Below, piece by piece: positions 25,453 through 37,683 of a DNA stretch of 64,000 nucleotides. The stretch is from assembly GCF_027921745.1 (NCBI RefSeq), contig NC_079238.1:248001-312000 (forward strand), read 5' to 3'. The stretch's first letter is position 1; every line of letters starts with the position of its first letter. The position numbers and the translations under genes were made by a program. The notes below the pieces were generated by a model. It was given only the letters and a program-made list of their open reading frames with translations. It did not search any database and was not told the DNA's origin. This stretch comes from Schizosaccharomyces osmophilus. Its lineage: Eukaryota.

Positions 25453-27006
25453 TTAGATATCATTATGTTTCAAAACTCTTTGGCGCGTAAGTACAGAGTT
25501 AGGAGTTTTCAGACCGGAGTCTTCAACTAAAAAAGACTCATTATCCTTGCCAGCATTAAAAATTTCTGGTTTAACCGCACCGTTCTCTGACAATTCGGCA
25601 AACGTTGAGCTCTGCTCTTCTTTAGCATCTTGTTGAGTACGCTGTATACGTTGATCTCTCCTTTGCATGAAGCTTACTATACATGAAAAAAATAAAGTTA
25701 ATCCACCGACAACCAGCAAGGCAATATAACCTTTTTTAAACCTTGGGGTATCGGTATTGGGATACATAACGGGCGCCCACCATACATGCCAAATGTTTTG
25801 TACCATATTCATAACGAAAATAACAACTCCTCTTTCTTGGTCATTGCCACGACAGACGTCGTTCGCCCACGAAAACCAAACAGCTTGTCCAGCATACGTA
25901 CACCCCGAAAAAAAGTATGCGAAGAACTTGAGCCCATAAGGGACGTTCCATGCTAAAAGTATAGAGGAAGAAACCACGGTTACAAAAAACAAAAATAAAC
26001 CAAACGGCCATCGAGTACGCCCACTAAGTTTATCTGACAGGATGCTGGCTCCCATAGTAGAGACAACGCCGACTGCTGTGATAACTGTAGGATAATTATT
26101 AATCTGGGTAACGCTAAACTCTCCTGAGATTTTCATCCATTGTCCCATCAGCACATTGACGGCAATAGCCTGGGTTTCTCCACTGAACAGCCAAAGAAAT
26201 GACAAGCCATAGATGCGCCAAGAACGGAAAATGGTTATTATTGATTGCATGGTTAACGGCTTTTTCTTTGGAAGAGCAGGAAGTCGTTTTACTGCAAGCT
26301 GCTTTTCTTCCTCCGTGAAGTAAGGTGCCTTTGTCGTCTCGGGAACGTCTGGAAACAAAAAGTATCCATAAAATGCCAATGGTATCGTTAACAACCCATC
26401 AATTATAAACAGCCATCGCCATCCTGCCATACCGCATACTCCATCCAACGAAGAATGAACGGCGGTTTGCAAATATCCAGCAAACATACTTCCAATCAAA
26501 CCGGATATGGAAAATATCGCGGCCCTCTTGTAAATTTCACTTCCTTTGTACCAAGCACCCAAAATGTAATGAGTACCCGCAAATGTGGAAGCTTCTGCAA
26601 CTGCCATAAAAAAGCGCAAAGCCATCATAGAGGAAACCGAATGAACAGTAAAGGAAAGTATGGTCATAACTCCCCAAATCAAGTTCATAACAGCGAACCA
26701 ATGTCTTGCCGGTACTTTCTGCATTGCATAAGATCCAGGTATTTGGCCGATAATGTAGCCGCAAGTAAAGACTACATTAATGTCTTGCAGCTCATTTCCG
26801 TACATCTTTAAGTCTTCTTTCATTCCACTCAAGTAAGCATTGTTAATCGAAGAACGATCAAGATAGTTGATAAAATATGAAATACAGCAATATGACAATA
26901 TAAACCAGTCTATTTTGAAGACCAAGGCCCGCTCTCTCCTTGATCGTTCATTACCAGGTTGACTCCTAAAGATGTTCCTATAATTCATTGTAGAACGTAT
27001 ATTCAT
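25453..27006 (-). CDS. liz1: pantothenate transporter (MFS, allantoate/Fen2 family)
   Basis: KIDWFILSYCCISYFINYLDRSSINNAYLSGMKEDL and GWRWLFIIDG; first ATG at 27006. Confidence 0.88.
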   Translation of the reverse strand: MNIRSTMNYRNIFRSQPGNERSRRERALVFKIDWFILSYCCISYFINYLDRSSINNAYLSGMKEDLKMYGNELQDINVVFTCGYIIGQIPGSYAMQKVPARHWFAVMNLIWGVMTILSFTVHSVSSMMALRFFMAVAEASTFAGTHYILGAWYKGSEIYKRAAIFSISGLIGSMFAGYLQTAVHSSLDGVCGMAGWRWLFIIDGLLTIPLAFYGYFLFPDVPETTKAPYFTEEEKQLAVKRLPALPKKKPLTMQSIITIFRSWRIYGLSFLWLFSGETQAIAVNVLMGQWMKISGEFSVTQINNYPTVITAVGVVSTMGASILSDKLSGRTRWPFGLFLFFVTVVSSSILLAWNVPYGLKFFAYFFSGCTYAGQAVWFSWANDVCRGNDQERGVVIFVMNMVQNIWHVWWAPVMYPNTDTPRFKKGYIALLVVGGLTLFFSCIVSFMQRRDQRIQRTQQDAKEEQSSTFAELSENGAVKPEIFNAGKDNESFLVEDSGLKTPNSVLTRQRVLKHNDI

Positions 27007-28215
27007 ACAACCCAAACGCTCCAAAAAAATTCCAAAAATTGAAAGCTTCTATTTTCAGGAACCGAAACTAAAATCCGTCTATGTAGAGATTTTACTTCTC
27101 ACGACCTTCGAAAACTTTGAGGATGCGTACCAGGGTTGGCTTACCTTCAACTCTTTTTGTTCTACACTTCCTTTTTTCTTTCTATGCCATTTGCATAGGG
27201 GTATGCAGCAATCTCAAGGATGGAAAGTGTTCTGGCAGTTGGAAAATTTAACACGTAACTGTTTTGGTTTCCGATTTTTTTTCTTTGATCTTTATGAAAA
27301 ACAATGTTTAAAGTAATATGTTGCTAATTTATTATATCCAAACAGGCCGACCAAGGAATGGGATTGTAAAGGTAGAAAGATGCTTTTCCTTCCGTTCGGC
27401 AGCTTTAGGAAGGAAAGATATAACGCTTTTATAAATCTTTCCAAATTTAACAGGTAAAAAATTACGTCCGAGAACCCTGATCTTTTCAAGTAGCAGTGAA
27501 TGGAGCCTTAGCACCTGGATCATTCCTTGTTTATTGTATTTTACTTTATCTTTCATTTGACAATATAAATAAAAAATAGCTACATTGATGCTAAAAAGTA
27601 ATAGTATACGTTTCTAAATCATCGTTTTTACCACACAATTGACCCATGAACTGTTTCAGGAAACGCTTTATTGTCAGTCTATTAAAGGCATTGTAAGGGC
27701 TATTGATATACGGTACTGTACCATTAATGGTATTTGCTAACGATGCTATTGGAATGGAAAACCTTTTCTAGCCAGATCATCTGTCTCGTACAAAAGTTTT
27801 TACACACTTAGGTTGGAAGTAATTCGATCTCTACAGTAGAATGAACAGAATCAGAAAAGAAATCAAGTAGCTTCAAGCATACTGATGAAGATTCGCATTT
27901 TCGAATTCCCAATCGCATTACATAGTATAGCAAACTGATTTGAGGCTTCACAGTAATGCTTTTTTATCTTTATATTTTTTCAATTAAATGCAAGTTCATT
28001 TTAATTTTGATTCATTTTACTTATTCATGCAATTAGGATTGAATAATTCTTTGATAATTTCATCAACATTTGCAGGTATCATAATAATGTTACCTAAGCT
28101 ATTACAGGTCAACACTAAGATATTTGCTTTTTCACTTTACTAGCCTGGGATTCCGAGTCACACTTATATTGATTCTCATTGATCTAAATCATTTCAACTG
28201 CTTGGAAAGTAAACG

Positions 28216-31200
28216 ATGCAATGTCTACTGCGAGAACAGCCTCGATCGCTGGCACTCGCAAATAGAGACTATGCTCTGGTCTTTCATTCTGTCCCTCAAA
28301 ACAAGAATTCGTTGTCCGTTTGTATAGCAGAGTTTGTATCTCTCAGCGAAAAAAGGCTAGATGGTTTCCAAAGAATTTCTACTCGCCCTATCTACGGGAC
28401 ACTTGGTCTCATTGAACTTGAGAACTCTAACTTTTTATGCGTTATTACAGGAGCTAGCGAGGTCGCTCGTATTCGAGAAGGAGAACGCATTTTTCGTATT
28501 ACAGAGGTTTGCTTTTACAGTGTGAATCGTTCCACTTGGGATCACATTCGTCAAGAAGGTAATTCTTTAGACACGGGAGAAGGGTACGATTCAGAAATTC
28601 CAGGGTATGATGCATCCAAGTATGCTTCAGAGCCTTTTGGAAGCCTACGAAAACTTTTAACGAATGGAACTTTTTATTTTTCCCTAGATTTCGATATTAC
28701 TTCTCGTTTACAGTTGCGCACTTCACATGCTTATACAGATATTCAGTCAGACACTATGCATGACCAGTTTATGTGGAATGAATTTATGCTCCGTCAGTTG
28801 TTTAAGTTTCGTTCCCATTTGAATTCTGACGAAAAAGAGGTGATGGATTCATGCTGCTTCTATACTTGTGTAATTCGTGGCTTTTCCGGTACGGAACCTT
28901 TCAAGCTGGGGATGCAAAATGTACGGCTTTCGCTCATATCAAGGTTATCGTCTTACCGTGCAGGTACAAGATTCCTTGCTCGTGGTGTTGATGACGATGG
29001 CAATGTTGCCAACTATGTTGAAACAGAAACCATTCTTGATACTCCGAATTATTCAGTCAGCTTTGTTCAAGTGCGAGGAAGTATTCCTATTTTTTGGGAA
29101 CAAGAAGGCGTGCAGATGTTTGGGCAGAAAATTGACATCACCCGTTCTTTTGAAGCAACTCGAGCCGCTTTTGAGAAGCATTTCAGTGATATAATTAAAG
29201 AGTATGGTCCTGTTCACATTGTCAACTTGCTCGGCACTGGTTCTGGAGAACGATCTCTTTCTGACAGACTGCGACAGCATATCCAGTTCTCCCCCGAAAA
29301 AGAATTAATTCACCTCACCGAATTTGACTACCACTTCTTAATTCGTTCGTTTGAGGATGCAAATAAAATTCGTCCTATGCTTTACAGCGATGTTGAATCT
29401 TTCAGCTTTTATTCAGAAAAGCGGAATGGAGAGGCAATTCTAACACAGGATGGCACTTTTCGAACAAACTGCCTCGATTGCCTCGACAGAACCAACGTTA
29501 TTCAAAATCTAATTTCTAGGATGATTTTAGAAAATGTAATGATACACACTCGACAAAATGCGGGTTATGATTTCTGGCAGATACACTCTACACTGTGGGC
29601 AAACAACGGTGATGCATTGTCTCATATTTACACAGGTACCGGCGCTTTAAAGTCTAGTTTCACTAGAAAAGGAAAATTGAGTTTAACAGGTGCCTTAAAC
29701 GATTTGTCTAAAAGCGTGGGACGCATGTATATTAATAATTTTCAGGATAAAGGAAGACAAGAAACCATTGATTTATTACTTGGCCGTTTAATTGATCAAC
29801 ATCCTGTGATCTTATATGATCCTATTCATGAATATGTTAATCATGAGCTAAAGAAGCGAGAAGATGAGTTCTCGGAACAAAAGAATATATCAATATTTGT
29901 TGCAAGCTATAACCTAAATGGATGCTATCCTACTTCTGATCTGGAAAGGTGGCTTTTCCCTGATGATAATCCCATGGCTGATATTTATGTCGTTGGTTTT
30001 CAGGAAATCGTCCAACTAACTCCCCAGCAGGTAATAAACGCTGATCCTGCAAAAAGGCGTGAATGGGAAACGTGTGTAAAACATATATTAAATAACAGAG
30101 CCAAGGATGACACAAAGTATGTCCAGTTGCGGTCAGGTCAGTTAGTTGGTACAGCCATGATAGTCTTTGTGAAAGAGTCTTGCCTACCAAGCATAAAAAA
30201 TGTAGAAGGAACAAGTAAGAAAACGGGATTAGGAGGCGTTTCCGGCAACAAGGGAGCCGTTGCTATTCGATTTGATTTTGAAGATACCGGCATTTGTTTT
30301 ATTACTTCTCATCTTGCAGCGGGTCATACAAATTACGATGAAAGAAATCATGATTACCAGACCATTGCGAATGGCTTGAGATTTAAGCGAGGCCGCTCAA
30401 CATTCAATCATGACTATGTTGTATGGTTCGGAGATTTCAATTATCGTATTTCGTTAACGTATGAAGACACTATTTACTGCATTGAACAAGGAAAGCTGCA
30501 TAGTTTATTTGAAAAAGATCAACTAAATAATCAAATGCTAATGGGCGAAGTATTTCCTTTCTTTTCTGAGCTACCTATTACATTTCTTCCTACTTATAAA
30601 TTTGATATAGGCACTGATATATATGATACCTCAGATAAACATCGCGTCCCAGCTTGGACCGACCGGATACTGTTTCGAGGAGAGTTAAAACCAATTGTCT
30701 ATAATTCCGCTCCTTTATATTTTTCTGACCACCGTCCTGTTTATGCGTCTTACGATGCAAGCATTGTCAAAATTGACAAAGCAAAAAAGAAACGACTTTT
30801 TGAAGAAATTTACATGCAAAGGAAGGTTGAGGTACGGGATGCTAATAGCACTTCGTATACCTTAATTGACATTGCTGGTTCTGTTGCTGGAAAACCCAAT
30901 TTAATTCCTTATGTGCCAGCTAACGGCATGGATAAGCTCAAGAAGCCGAGTGATGACAACAGAAAATGGTGGTTTGAAGACGGTTTACCTGCTCGTTCCA
31001 TTGCAGCACGACCCGGAAATGACTATCAACTAAATCCAGACCGCCCCTGTAATCCTTTTACTCCAAGCAAAAAACCTGACTGGGTTAAAACTGAAAAAGC
31101 TTTGACTTTAGAGAAAAGACAAGAGCAGCATCCAGCGGTGAACTCTCAATCCGTGAATCCTTTACATTCTTTGAATACAAGTCATCCCGCTTTAATTCCT

Positions 31201-31440
31201 CAGCAGTCGTTATCCAAACCGACGAAACCCTCAAAGCCTGAGTCTTTAGCAGCTCCACGAACGAAGCCAGCGCTACCTCCCAGGTCGAATCCTTCTTCTT
31301 CAAACTCTACGTCTCTACGTTCTTCACCTAGTAATATTCCGCCCACTCCTCCTCCTAGGAAGTCGACGAATACCCCTCAGCCAGACCTGCTAGGGTCTTC
31401 GCCTGAGGATAGCAAACTGACCTGGAAACCGCTTGTGTAA
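28216..31440 (+). CDS. syj1: synaptojanin: Sac1 domain + inositol polyphosphate 5-phosphatase + Pro-rich tail
   Basis: RTNCLDCLDRTN, WFGDFNYR, PAWTDRIL and SDHRPV motifs. Confidence 0.95.
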   Translation: MQCLLREQPRSLALANRDYALVFHSVPQNKNSLSVCIAEFVSLSEKRLDGFQRISTRPIYGTLGLIELENSNFLCVITGASEVARIREGERIFRITEVCFYSVNRSTWDHIRQEGNSLDTGEGYDSEIPGYDASKYASEPFGSLRKLLTNGTFYFSLDFDITSRLQLRTSHAYTDIQSDTMHDQFMWNEFMLRQLFKFRSHLNSDEKEVMDSCCFYTCVIRGFSGTEPFKLGMQNVRLSLISRLSSYRAGTRFLARGVDDDGNVANYVETETILDTPNYSVSFVQVRGSIPIFWEQEGVQMFGQKIDITRSFEATRAAFEKHFSDIIKEYGPVHIVNLLGTGSGERSLSDRLRQHIQFSPEKELIHLTEFDYHFLIRSFEDANKIRPMLYSDVESFSFYSEKRNGEAILTQDGTFRTNCLDCLDRTNVIQNLISRMILENVMIHTRQNAGYDFWQIHSTLWANNGDALSHIYTGTGALKSSFTRKGKLSLTGALNDLSKSVGRMYINNFQDKGRQETIDLLLGRLIDQHPVILYDPIHEYVNHELKKREDEFSEQKNISIFVASYNLNGCYPTSDLERWLFPDDNPMADIYVVGFQEIVQLTPQQVINADPAKRREWETCVKHILNNRAKDDTKYVQLRSGQLVGTAMIVFVKESCLPSIKNVEGTSKKTGLGGVSGNKGAVAIRFDFEDTGICFITSHLAAGHTNYDERNHDYQTIANGLRFKRGRSTFNHDYVVWFGDFNYRISLTYEDTIYCIEQGKLHSLFEKDQLNNQMLMGEVFPFFSELPITFLPTYKFDIGTDIYDTSDKHRVPAWTDRILFRGELKPIVYNSAPLYFSDHRPVYASYDASIVKIDKAKKKRLFEEIYMQRKVEVRDANSTSYTLIDIAGSVAGKPNLIPYVPANGMDKLKKPSDDNRKWWFEDGLPARSIAARPGNDYQLNPDRPCNPFTPSKKPDWVKTEKALTLEKRQEQHPAVNSQSVNPLHSLNTSHPALIPQQSLSKPTKPSKPESLAAPRTKPALPPRSNPSSSNSTSLRSSPSNIPPTPPPRKSTNTPQPDLLGSSPEDSKLTWKPLV

Positions 31441-31848
31441 AAATGTTTATAAGAATTTCCGTTAGATATTGAAATTACCTACCATTGTATTTATTTATTA
31501 ATTCTTTTTTCTCATTCATTTTTGAAGTATGAATAAATCTGTCTAATTGTATTATAGTTGAAAGAAGCATAAAATCAAATCCAAAGAAGTACTGTAGAAA
31601 CCATCTTACAACTGGAATTCATTTACACACTGATGATCCTTCACAAAAAGTTCATTTTATAGCTGGAAAATTACGTACCGGAGGCAGAACATCAATTCAT
31701 GAATTATTCTTCATTGAAACGGACGACACGCTCAAAACTATCTATGTATAATGGTGAATAGGGAAGAAACGTTCTGGAATTCGTTTAAAGACCATGCTTC
31801 TGTGCCCAAAGGAAAGATTAATGGATGGATAAATTATCAAGAAACGAA

Positions 31849-32380
31849 TTACTCAGAGGCAAAGTTTTTCAAAACTCTTGCAACGATGTGGAGGGCAAAG
31901 ACGGAAGCAATGAATCCAACACTAAGAACCATGACAACCACTGGATCACTGTGTATGTGTGAGTCAAGGATGTTGCTTATTTCACAATTTCCATCCTAGA
32001 GGAAACAAACCATAAATAAAAGACTTGGTTCCTTAGGATGAGTATGAAGAAAAAATAACTTACACTTTAAAGCCGGTAGCCTCGTCAGAATACAACTTCA
32101 ACAAGGTAGGGGTAGAGCCGTCTGCACCAGCAGCGCGAGGGCCAGCAGGACCGGTGTTAGAATCCTTTGCGGTCTTTTCAGCGGCAGCACGACGTCTAAA
32201 AAAACAACATTGTTAGATCTGTTTAGGAAACAGGGAAACCGCATTTGTTCAAGCCTACCTAATTTGAGATTTGGGGCCACCAGGGGCTGAGGAGCCAGCG
32301 TTTTTTACAATACCAGAAGCCTAAAGGTTAAGAATGGGAAAAAAAGACATTTGATTTTAACATACTTTTGAGGAAGACAT
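31849..32380 (-). CDS. sbh1: Sec61 beta subunit, 4 exons
   Basis: Spliced: MSSSK|ASG...GGPKSQIR|RRAAAEK...LLKLYSDEATGFKV|DPVVVMVLSVGFIASVFALHIV. Confidence 0.92.
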
Positions 32381-32913
32381 GGAAATAGTGGTATGCTATG
32401 GATTCAACTTTGATGATCTTTACAGAAGGGAGCAAGATGAAAGAATAATGCACTAGAGCGTAGTTTGTACTAGGGTGCAAGGGAGTGGTACATATCGGTA
32501 TTGTGTTTTGCGATTTGTATGGATAGTTAACGAAACTTAAACATTAGGAAATGGGTAGAGTTGGATGAAAATTCATTGCGTTGAATACTTATGAGATATA
32601 GACGAATGCCCAAAGACAAGAGTATTCATGAAGTTCTCTCGTCTAATGTGAAAGAAGTGGGAACCCTGGGTTATCTGGATTTACTATTTCTACTGCTCTA
32701 TGCAATGGATTGAAACGGACTAACAGGTGGTAGCGTCTACAAAAAAGAAGAAAGATCCCAGTTGAAAAGGAGATCGAGTTATGTACTGTTCTTGTTATGG
32801 AAGCAAAGAGTATAAAATTAAAAAGCTATCTGTTGAAAACTTTATAAGGCATAGAAAAAGTGCTCATCAGATGGACAAATGTTCCAAGTACTAGTTGCAA
32901 ATCGAGCAACAGC

Positions 32914-33405
32914 TTACTCGACAGCAATGCACTCAATTTCGATTCTGACACCTTGAGCTTCAAGGGGAAGAGTCTTGACAGCTACGCAAGAACGAGCGGG
33001 CTTAGGGTCAGGAAGTGTTTCGGAATAAGCCTTGTTGACAGTAGCAAAGTCATTCATGTCAGACAAAAAGATGTTGATCTTGACAATCTTTTCTAAACCA
33101 GAGCCAGCTTCTTGTAAGACATCTTGCAAGTTCAAAAGGCATTGTCGGGTTTGAGTGCCAACACAGCCTTCGACAACCTTTCCATCCTTGACAGGGATTT
33201 GACCAGAGCAATAGATGGTTCCGTTGGCCTTGATGGCTTGATTGTAAGGGCCAGCGCTGGAAAGCTTGGGGCTATTGATGATGGTTTTGGTGCTCATGTT
33301 CGATACAAACTTAGGGCGATAACTGATTCGGTTGGGGACGTTGAGCGATCTGGTGAGAAGAGGGCGACTGAGGGTAAGAGATCGTCTAGCCAAATTTCTA
33401 AGCAT
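32914..33405 (-). CDS. mmf1: RidA/YjgF family imine deaminase with mitochondrial presequence
   Basis: GPYNQA, SGQIP, PARSCVAV, IEIECIA. Confidence 0.93.
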   Translation of the reverse strand: MLRNLARRSLTLSRPLLTRSLNVPNRISYRPKFVSNMSTKTIINSPKLSSAGPYNQAIKANGTIYCSGQIPVKDGKVVEGCVGTQTRQCLLNLQDVLQEAGSGLEKIVKINIFLSDMNDFATVNKAYSETLPDPKPARSCVAVKTLPLEAQGVRIEIECIAVE

Positions 33406-33911
33406 ATTGCTAAGACCAAAATCTGGTTCTTTGCCGAGTTTGCATATATATTACCAAATCGAGATACAGAATCCCAACGTACGTATGTTAATTTGAGCTA
33501 TACGTATATTGGGATTCCAGTGATTCACTGATCTTAAACTGGCAGAAGATATTCGATGCGCGTTGAATTTAAAACATGGCAGACTGTCTTTGTTAAGCCT
33601 CTCAACAATACAATGAAAAGTTAAACCAAGAATCTTGAAGCAAGACCAAATTCAGAAGTTTGTTTTCTAAGGTTATTTGCTACGCTTCGTTATTTCAAGT
33701 TGAAGAAATTTTTCGGTTTTTCCTTTTGTTTCGTTTTCAAAAGAAAAGGGTCCTTTTTCTCTATTCCTTTAACATGAAATCTGTAGCAAATCTTTTATTC
33801 CACCACCTCTAGTTTTCTTGTTTCGTCTGTTCTGTTTCATGGTTACGCTGATCCTTTCGCTACAGTATAAGCTTGATTTACGCGAGTAGACAGACTTTGG
33901 GTCCAATAAAA

Positions 33912-33919
33912 CAGTCACG
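33912..33919 (+). promoter_or_regulatory. Homol D box of a ribosomal protein gene promoter
   Basis: CAGTCACG about 60 nt upstream of the rpl16 ATG. Confidence 0.75.
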
Positions 33920-33974
33920 GGAAATCAAAACAAACCAACGCGTCTGCAATGTTGCCCGTAGGACACGACGAAAC

Positions 33975-34629
33975 ATGTCAGAGTTTCAAAAAGTAGTTGT
34001 CATTGATGCCAAGGGGTATGCTTATTTATAATTTCATTCTTTCAATTAAACAAAAGTTACTAATGCATTTTTATAGCCATCTTATGGGCCGTTTAGCTTC
34101 TGTTGTTGCTAAGCAACTTTTGTCGGGTCAAAAAGTCGTCGTTGTCCGTTGTGAAGAATTAAACATCTCTGGCAGCTTCTTCCGTAACAAGCTTAAGTAC
34201 CTCGCCTACTTGCGCAAGTCTTGCCGTTACAACCCTACTCGTGGTGCTTTCCACTTCCGTGCTCCTTCTCGCATCTTCCAAAAGGCTGTTCGTGGTATGC
34301 TTCCCCACAAGAGCCCCCGCGGTCAAGCTGCTTTGGAACACTTGCAAGCTGTTGAAGGTGTTCCCCCTCCTTTCGACAAGCAAAAGCGTGTTGTTGTCCC
34401 TGCTGCCCTCCGTGTCTTGCGTCTTAAGCCTGGCCGTAAATACTGCACTGTTGGCCGTCTCTCCTCTGAGGTTGGCTGGAAGTACGCCGACGTTGTTTCC
34501 AAGTTGGAAGAACGCAGAAAGGTTAAGAGCGCTGCTTTCTACCAAGCCAAGCACTCCAAGCAAAAGAAGGTTGCTGCTGCCAAGTCTGCTTCTTCTATAA
34601 ACCAAAAGCTTGCTTCCTATGGATACTAA
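33975..34629 (+). CDS. rpl1603: 60S ribosomal protein L16 (uL13), 2 exons (intron 34016-34076)
   Basis: [22 protein letters not shown]...HFRAPSRIF; strong codon bias; paralog number assigned from synteny. Confidence 0.92.
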
Positions 34630-34821
34630 CTTCCTTGATTACTTTTTAAATAATATAAGAAGATGTCATTGAATTTATATGGTAGCTTGAACCTCGTTTT
34701 GTAATTACTCTCTTTCGTATACATTCAATCAGTAATTCATAAATTTGTAACTCCTATCTGCTCATTTTCCCAAATATGCTGTTTTTCTATTTTCCATCAT
34801 TTGAGACTATGTAAATCCTCA

Positions 34822-37103
34822 CTAATAATTCATTAAATCTTTAGAAATCATAGGTACATCTTGGTTTTCCATTTCTGCCAAGAACTGAATATTTGACACA
34901 TATTCGGTTTGTGGAGTTGGTCCATGTTCACTAACAGGCGTTTGACTCCACAGTTCTCCAGAATCAACATTGCTTTCGCTTTTCGATGCGTAATCTTCAG
35001 TCATATTTCCTGACGAGGGTAGGTCATAATCCAATTGTAGATCGTCGGCGGAATTTACAGCTGAATTGGCTTTCTCTCGTAAAACAGGGCTTGGTTCTAA
35101 ATATTGAGGGAAATAGCCCCGTGCAAACCGATTAGGTGGCTTATGATAAACAGACGCAAGAGTACCTACGTTTAGTAAAAGCTGCTCACTCATTTCTGGG
35201 TCATATGCGTTGGCTTCCACATCCACCGGAGGTGCATTCGTCAAAATTACCTTCCTTGCGAAATCTGGATTTGTTGATAGCATTCGAGAATATATGATGC
35301 CTCGGTCGCGCAAATCCGGATCTTGTATTTCCTCAGTACATAGTTGCAAAACTTTGGTGACCATTTCTAAACCAGCAGCAGGCATCTTCAGAAATAGCTT
35401 GGTAGCCGCCGTCAATATAGTCAACTGCAATTCTAAAGGTTCATATAAGAACCCTTCTACGTACTCCCCCATTAACATGCGCGAGTCTTCAATTGACTCA
35501 GCATAGTGACCAAGTAACCATATAAAAGCTGACTTTGCTTCTGCCTCATCGAAAAACTCCATATTCTTCAATAAAATGGAAAGCAAGTGTTTATAACGAG
35601 AAGGATATTTTCTTAATATATCCCTACTGACGATCACAGCCTCTTGTACCACATAGGATATTTTTGTATCAATTAATTTAACAAGACAGTCAACACAGTC
35701 ATCTGCTCGGCTTTCAATCTTTACAGCCAAATGACCTATATACCGAACAGATTTTCTTGACAATTCAATGTCAACCTCTGAAGCATATTCCATGAACTCT
35801 GGTAGAATATGATCAAGATTCTCCTCATTTGCTAGTTTCGACAATATACTGAATTTTTCTAGTTTAACATTTGCAGGATCATCAAAATGACAAAAGAAAA
35901 AATGTAAATCTGACTGAAAAATCTCTGGATATGCGTCCAGTATTATTTCCACATTGCGTAAAAGAACATATTGAGTCGCTGAAGGTTTCCTAGCTAATAA
36001 AGTTACCAAAGGTGGAACAACCTTTCTAAGATGATCTTTAATAAGAACCTCATCAGTCATATAATTTATATAGTAAAGTGTTGCTTTTATAGTCCCCATG
36101 CAAACTGCTGTGTTTCCATGCTGAAGCCAAGGTGATATCCGTTCAGCAAAGCTTTCGGCTTCTCCAGGCTGTTGTGGAACATAATATATAAGAGAATCGA
36201 AAATAATGGTTTGTAGCCATCTAGTTAAGTCTGTCAATATCATATGAGGTTGTAAGCGAAACTTACTCTGTGCAATCATTCAAGCAGTCCACTATTTTTG
36301 ATGTAACCTCTTTAGTGAGAGTAAGCTTAAAGACATCTGAAGACTGAACGATAGAAATAAGGACGGCTAAAGCATTTGTAACAACCTATTCATGTCAGCA
36401 AAAGACGAAAACACCCGACTTACAAGAGAAGACTCATCATTTAGCATTTCTCTTAAATTTTTTATTAATCCTGACGATTCAACTATCTTTCGGTCATAAG
36501 AATAGAGTCTGGCAACTCCCATAACGGCTGTTTTTCGCACATAGGGATCGATATCATCCAGTAATCGAATAACTGGATCAAGCGAAGCAACCCAAAAATT
36601 TTTAATATGAACTGAAGTCAAAGTTTTCAAAGAAAAATCACGTAAGACCGGGTTCGAAGAATGTACACCCTATGATGAATCATTAGTTCCCTTATTATGT
36701 GAAACGAGGTAACTTACTTTGAGTACCACCGGAATTGCTTTTGTCGCTTCGGAAGGATTTATGCTGTTTACTGTAAGTAAGTCAGAAATGAGGAAGTACG
36801 AACCTTGCGAAACTTTTCAGAAAAAGGTAACACAATTTCTTCAAATCAACATTGCTGGTTTCCATGCAGTTTATTATAGCAGGAAAAAGAGAAATCATAT
36901 TATAACCCATCGACATATTCGCTATTATTTTTTTCATTGCATTAATCTTCTTGCCAGACTTGTCTTTGGAATCAACTCGAAGAATAGCCTCCAATTCAGA
37001 AACCTCTGACTTTTCAATCATTAATAAAAACTTTTTTAATAAATCTTTGTCTTACAGACTCAGAATGGGAAGAGTTCCCCGAAGGAAGCCCTACGCTGAC
37101 CAT
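34822..37103 (-). CDS. apl1: AP-2 adaptor beta subunit, multi-exon
   Basis: AMKKIIANMSMG, DPYVRKTA, EYASEVD, QDPDLRDRG beta-adaptin motifs; ATG 37103; five short introns. Confidence 0.88.
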
Positions 37104-37683
37104 GTTCAATGTATGAGTACTCAGTAGAAGATTGTAGCAATTGCAGAGCGGCTTACGACTTCAGCGTCTAGACTTGTTAATAATGAGGAAAGGAATGTTA
37201 ATACTAATACACAAGTAAAATTCCATACGTCTCTCTTTAATAGCTTCAACGAGTTCGCTCGCAAGTTACGTTTTCATCAAGGTGTAAATTAGATTATTCT
37301 AGCAGAATGCGAGATACGTTTTTTAAGCACGTGTATATATATTTATAGTACTCAAGGCTCTTAGCCAAAAATGAGAGAAGAAAATATCCCAAATCTGCAA
37401 ACTAGATAACTAAAATAATAACAAAATTGAGTATTCAGATATTCGATGTGAGAAAGGCTTTGCATAGCATGAAATGAGAGAGTAGACAGTACGCTGAATC
37501 AACACCCAGTTTGCAATATAAAGTTCCATGGCCAGGAAGACATTGGAGGACAATGTAGACAAGCCGGTATTGAAAGAGCAATTAAGAAGTCGAGATGATG
37601 AGAAAAAAGCAGTCTAAGAGGGAAAGCTGTCCATTGGCGACGTCTAGGTAGCATAGGCTTCCTTGACAAGATATACATAGCTC

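Noticed and set aside
2778..27006. Pantothenate kinase and pantothenate transporter linked as a metabolic cluster
   Set aside because: They are >20 kb apart with unrelated genes between them; ordinary synteny
32098..32160. Apparent frameshift in sbh1 exon 3
   Set aside because: Careful reading gives GGC CCT CGC GCT GCT in frame; the ORF-track peptide is another frame
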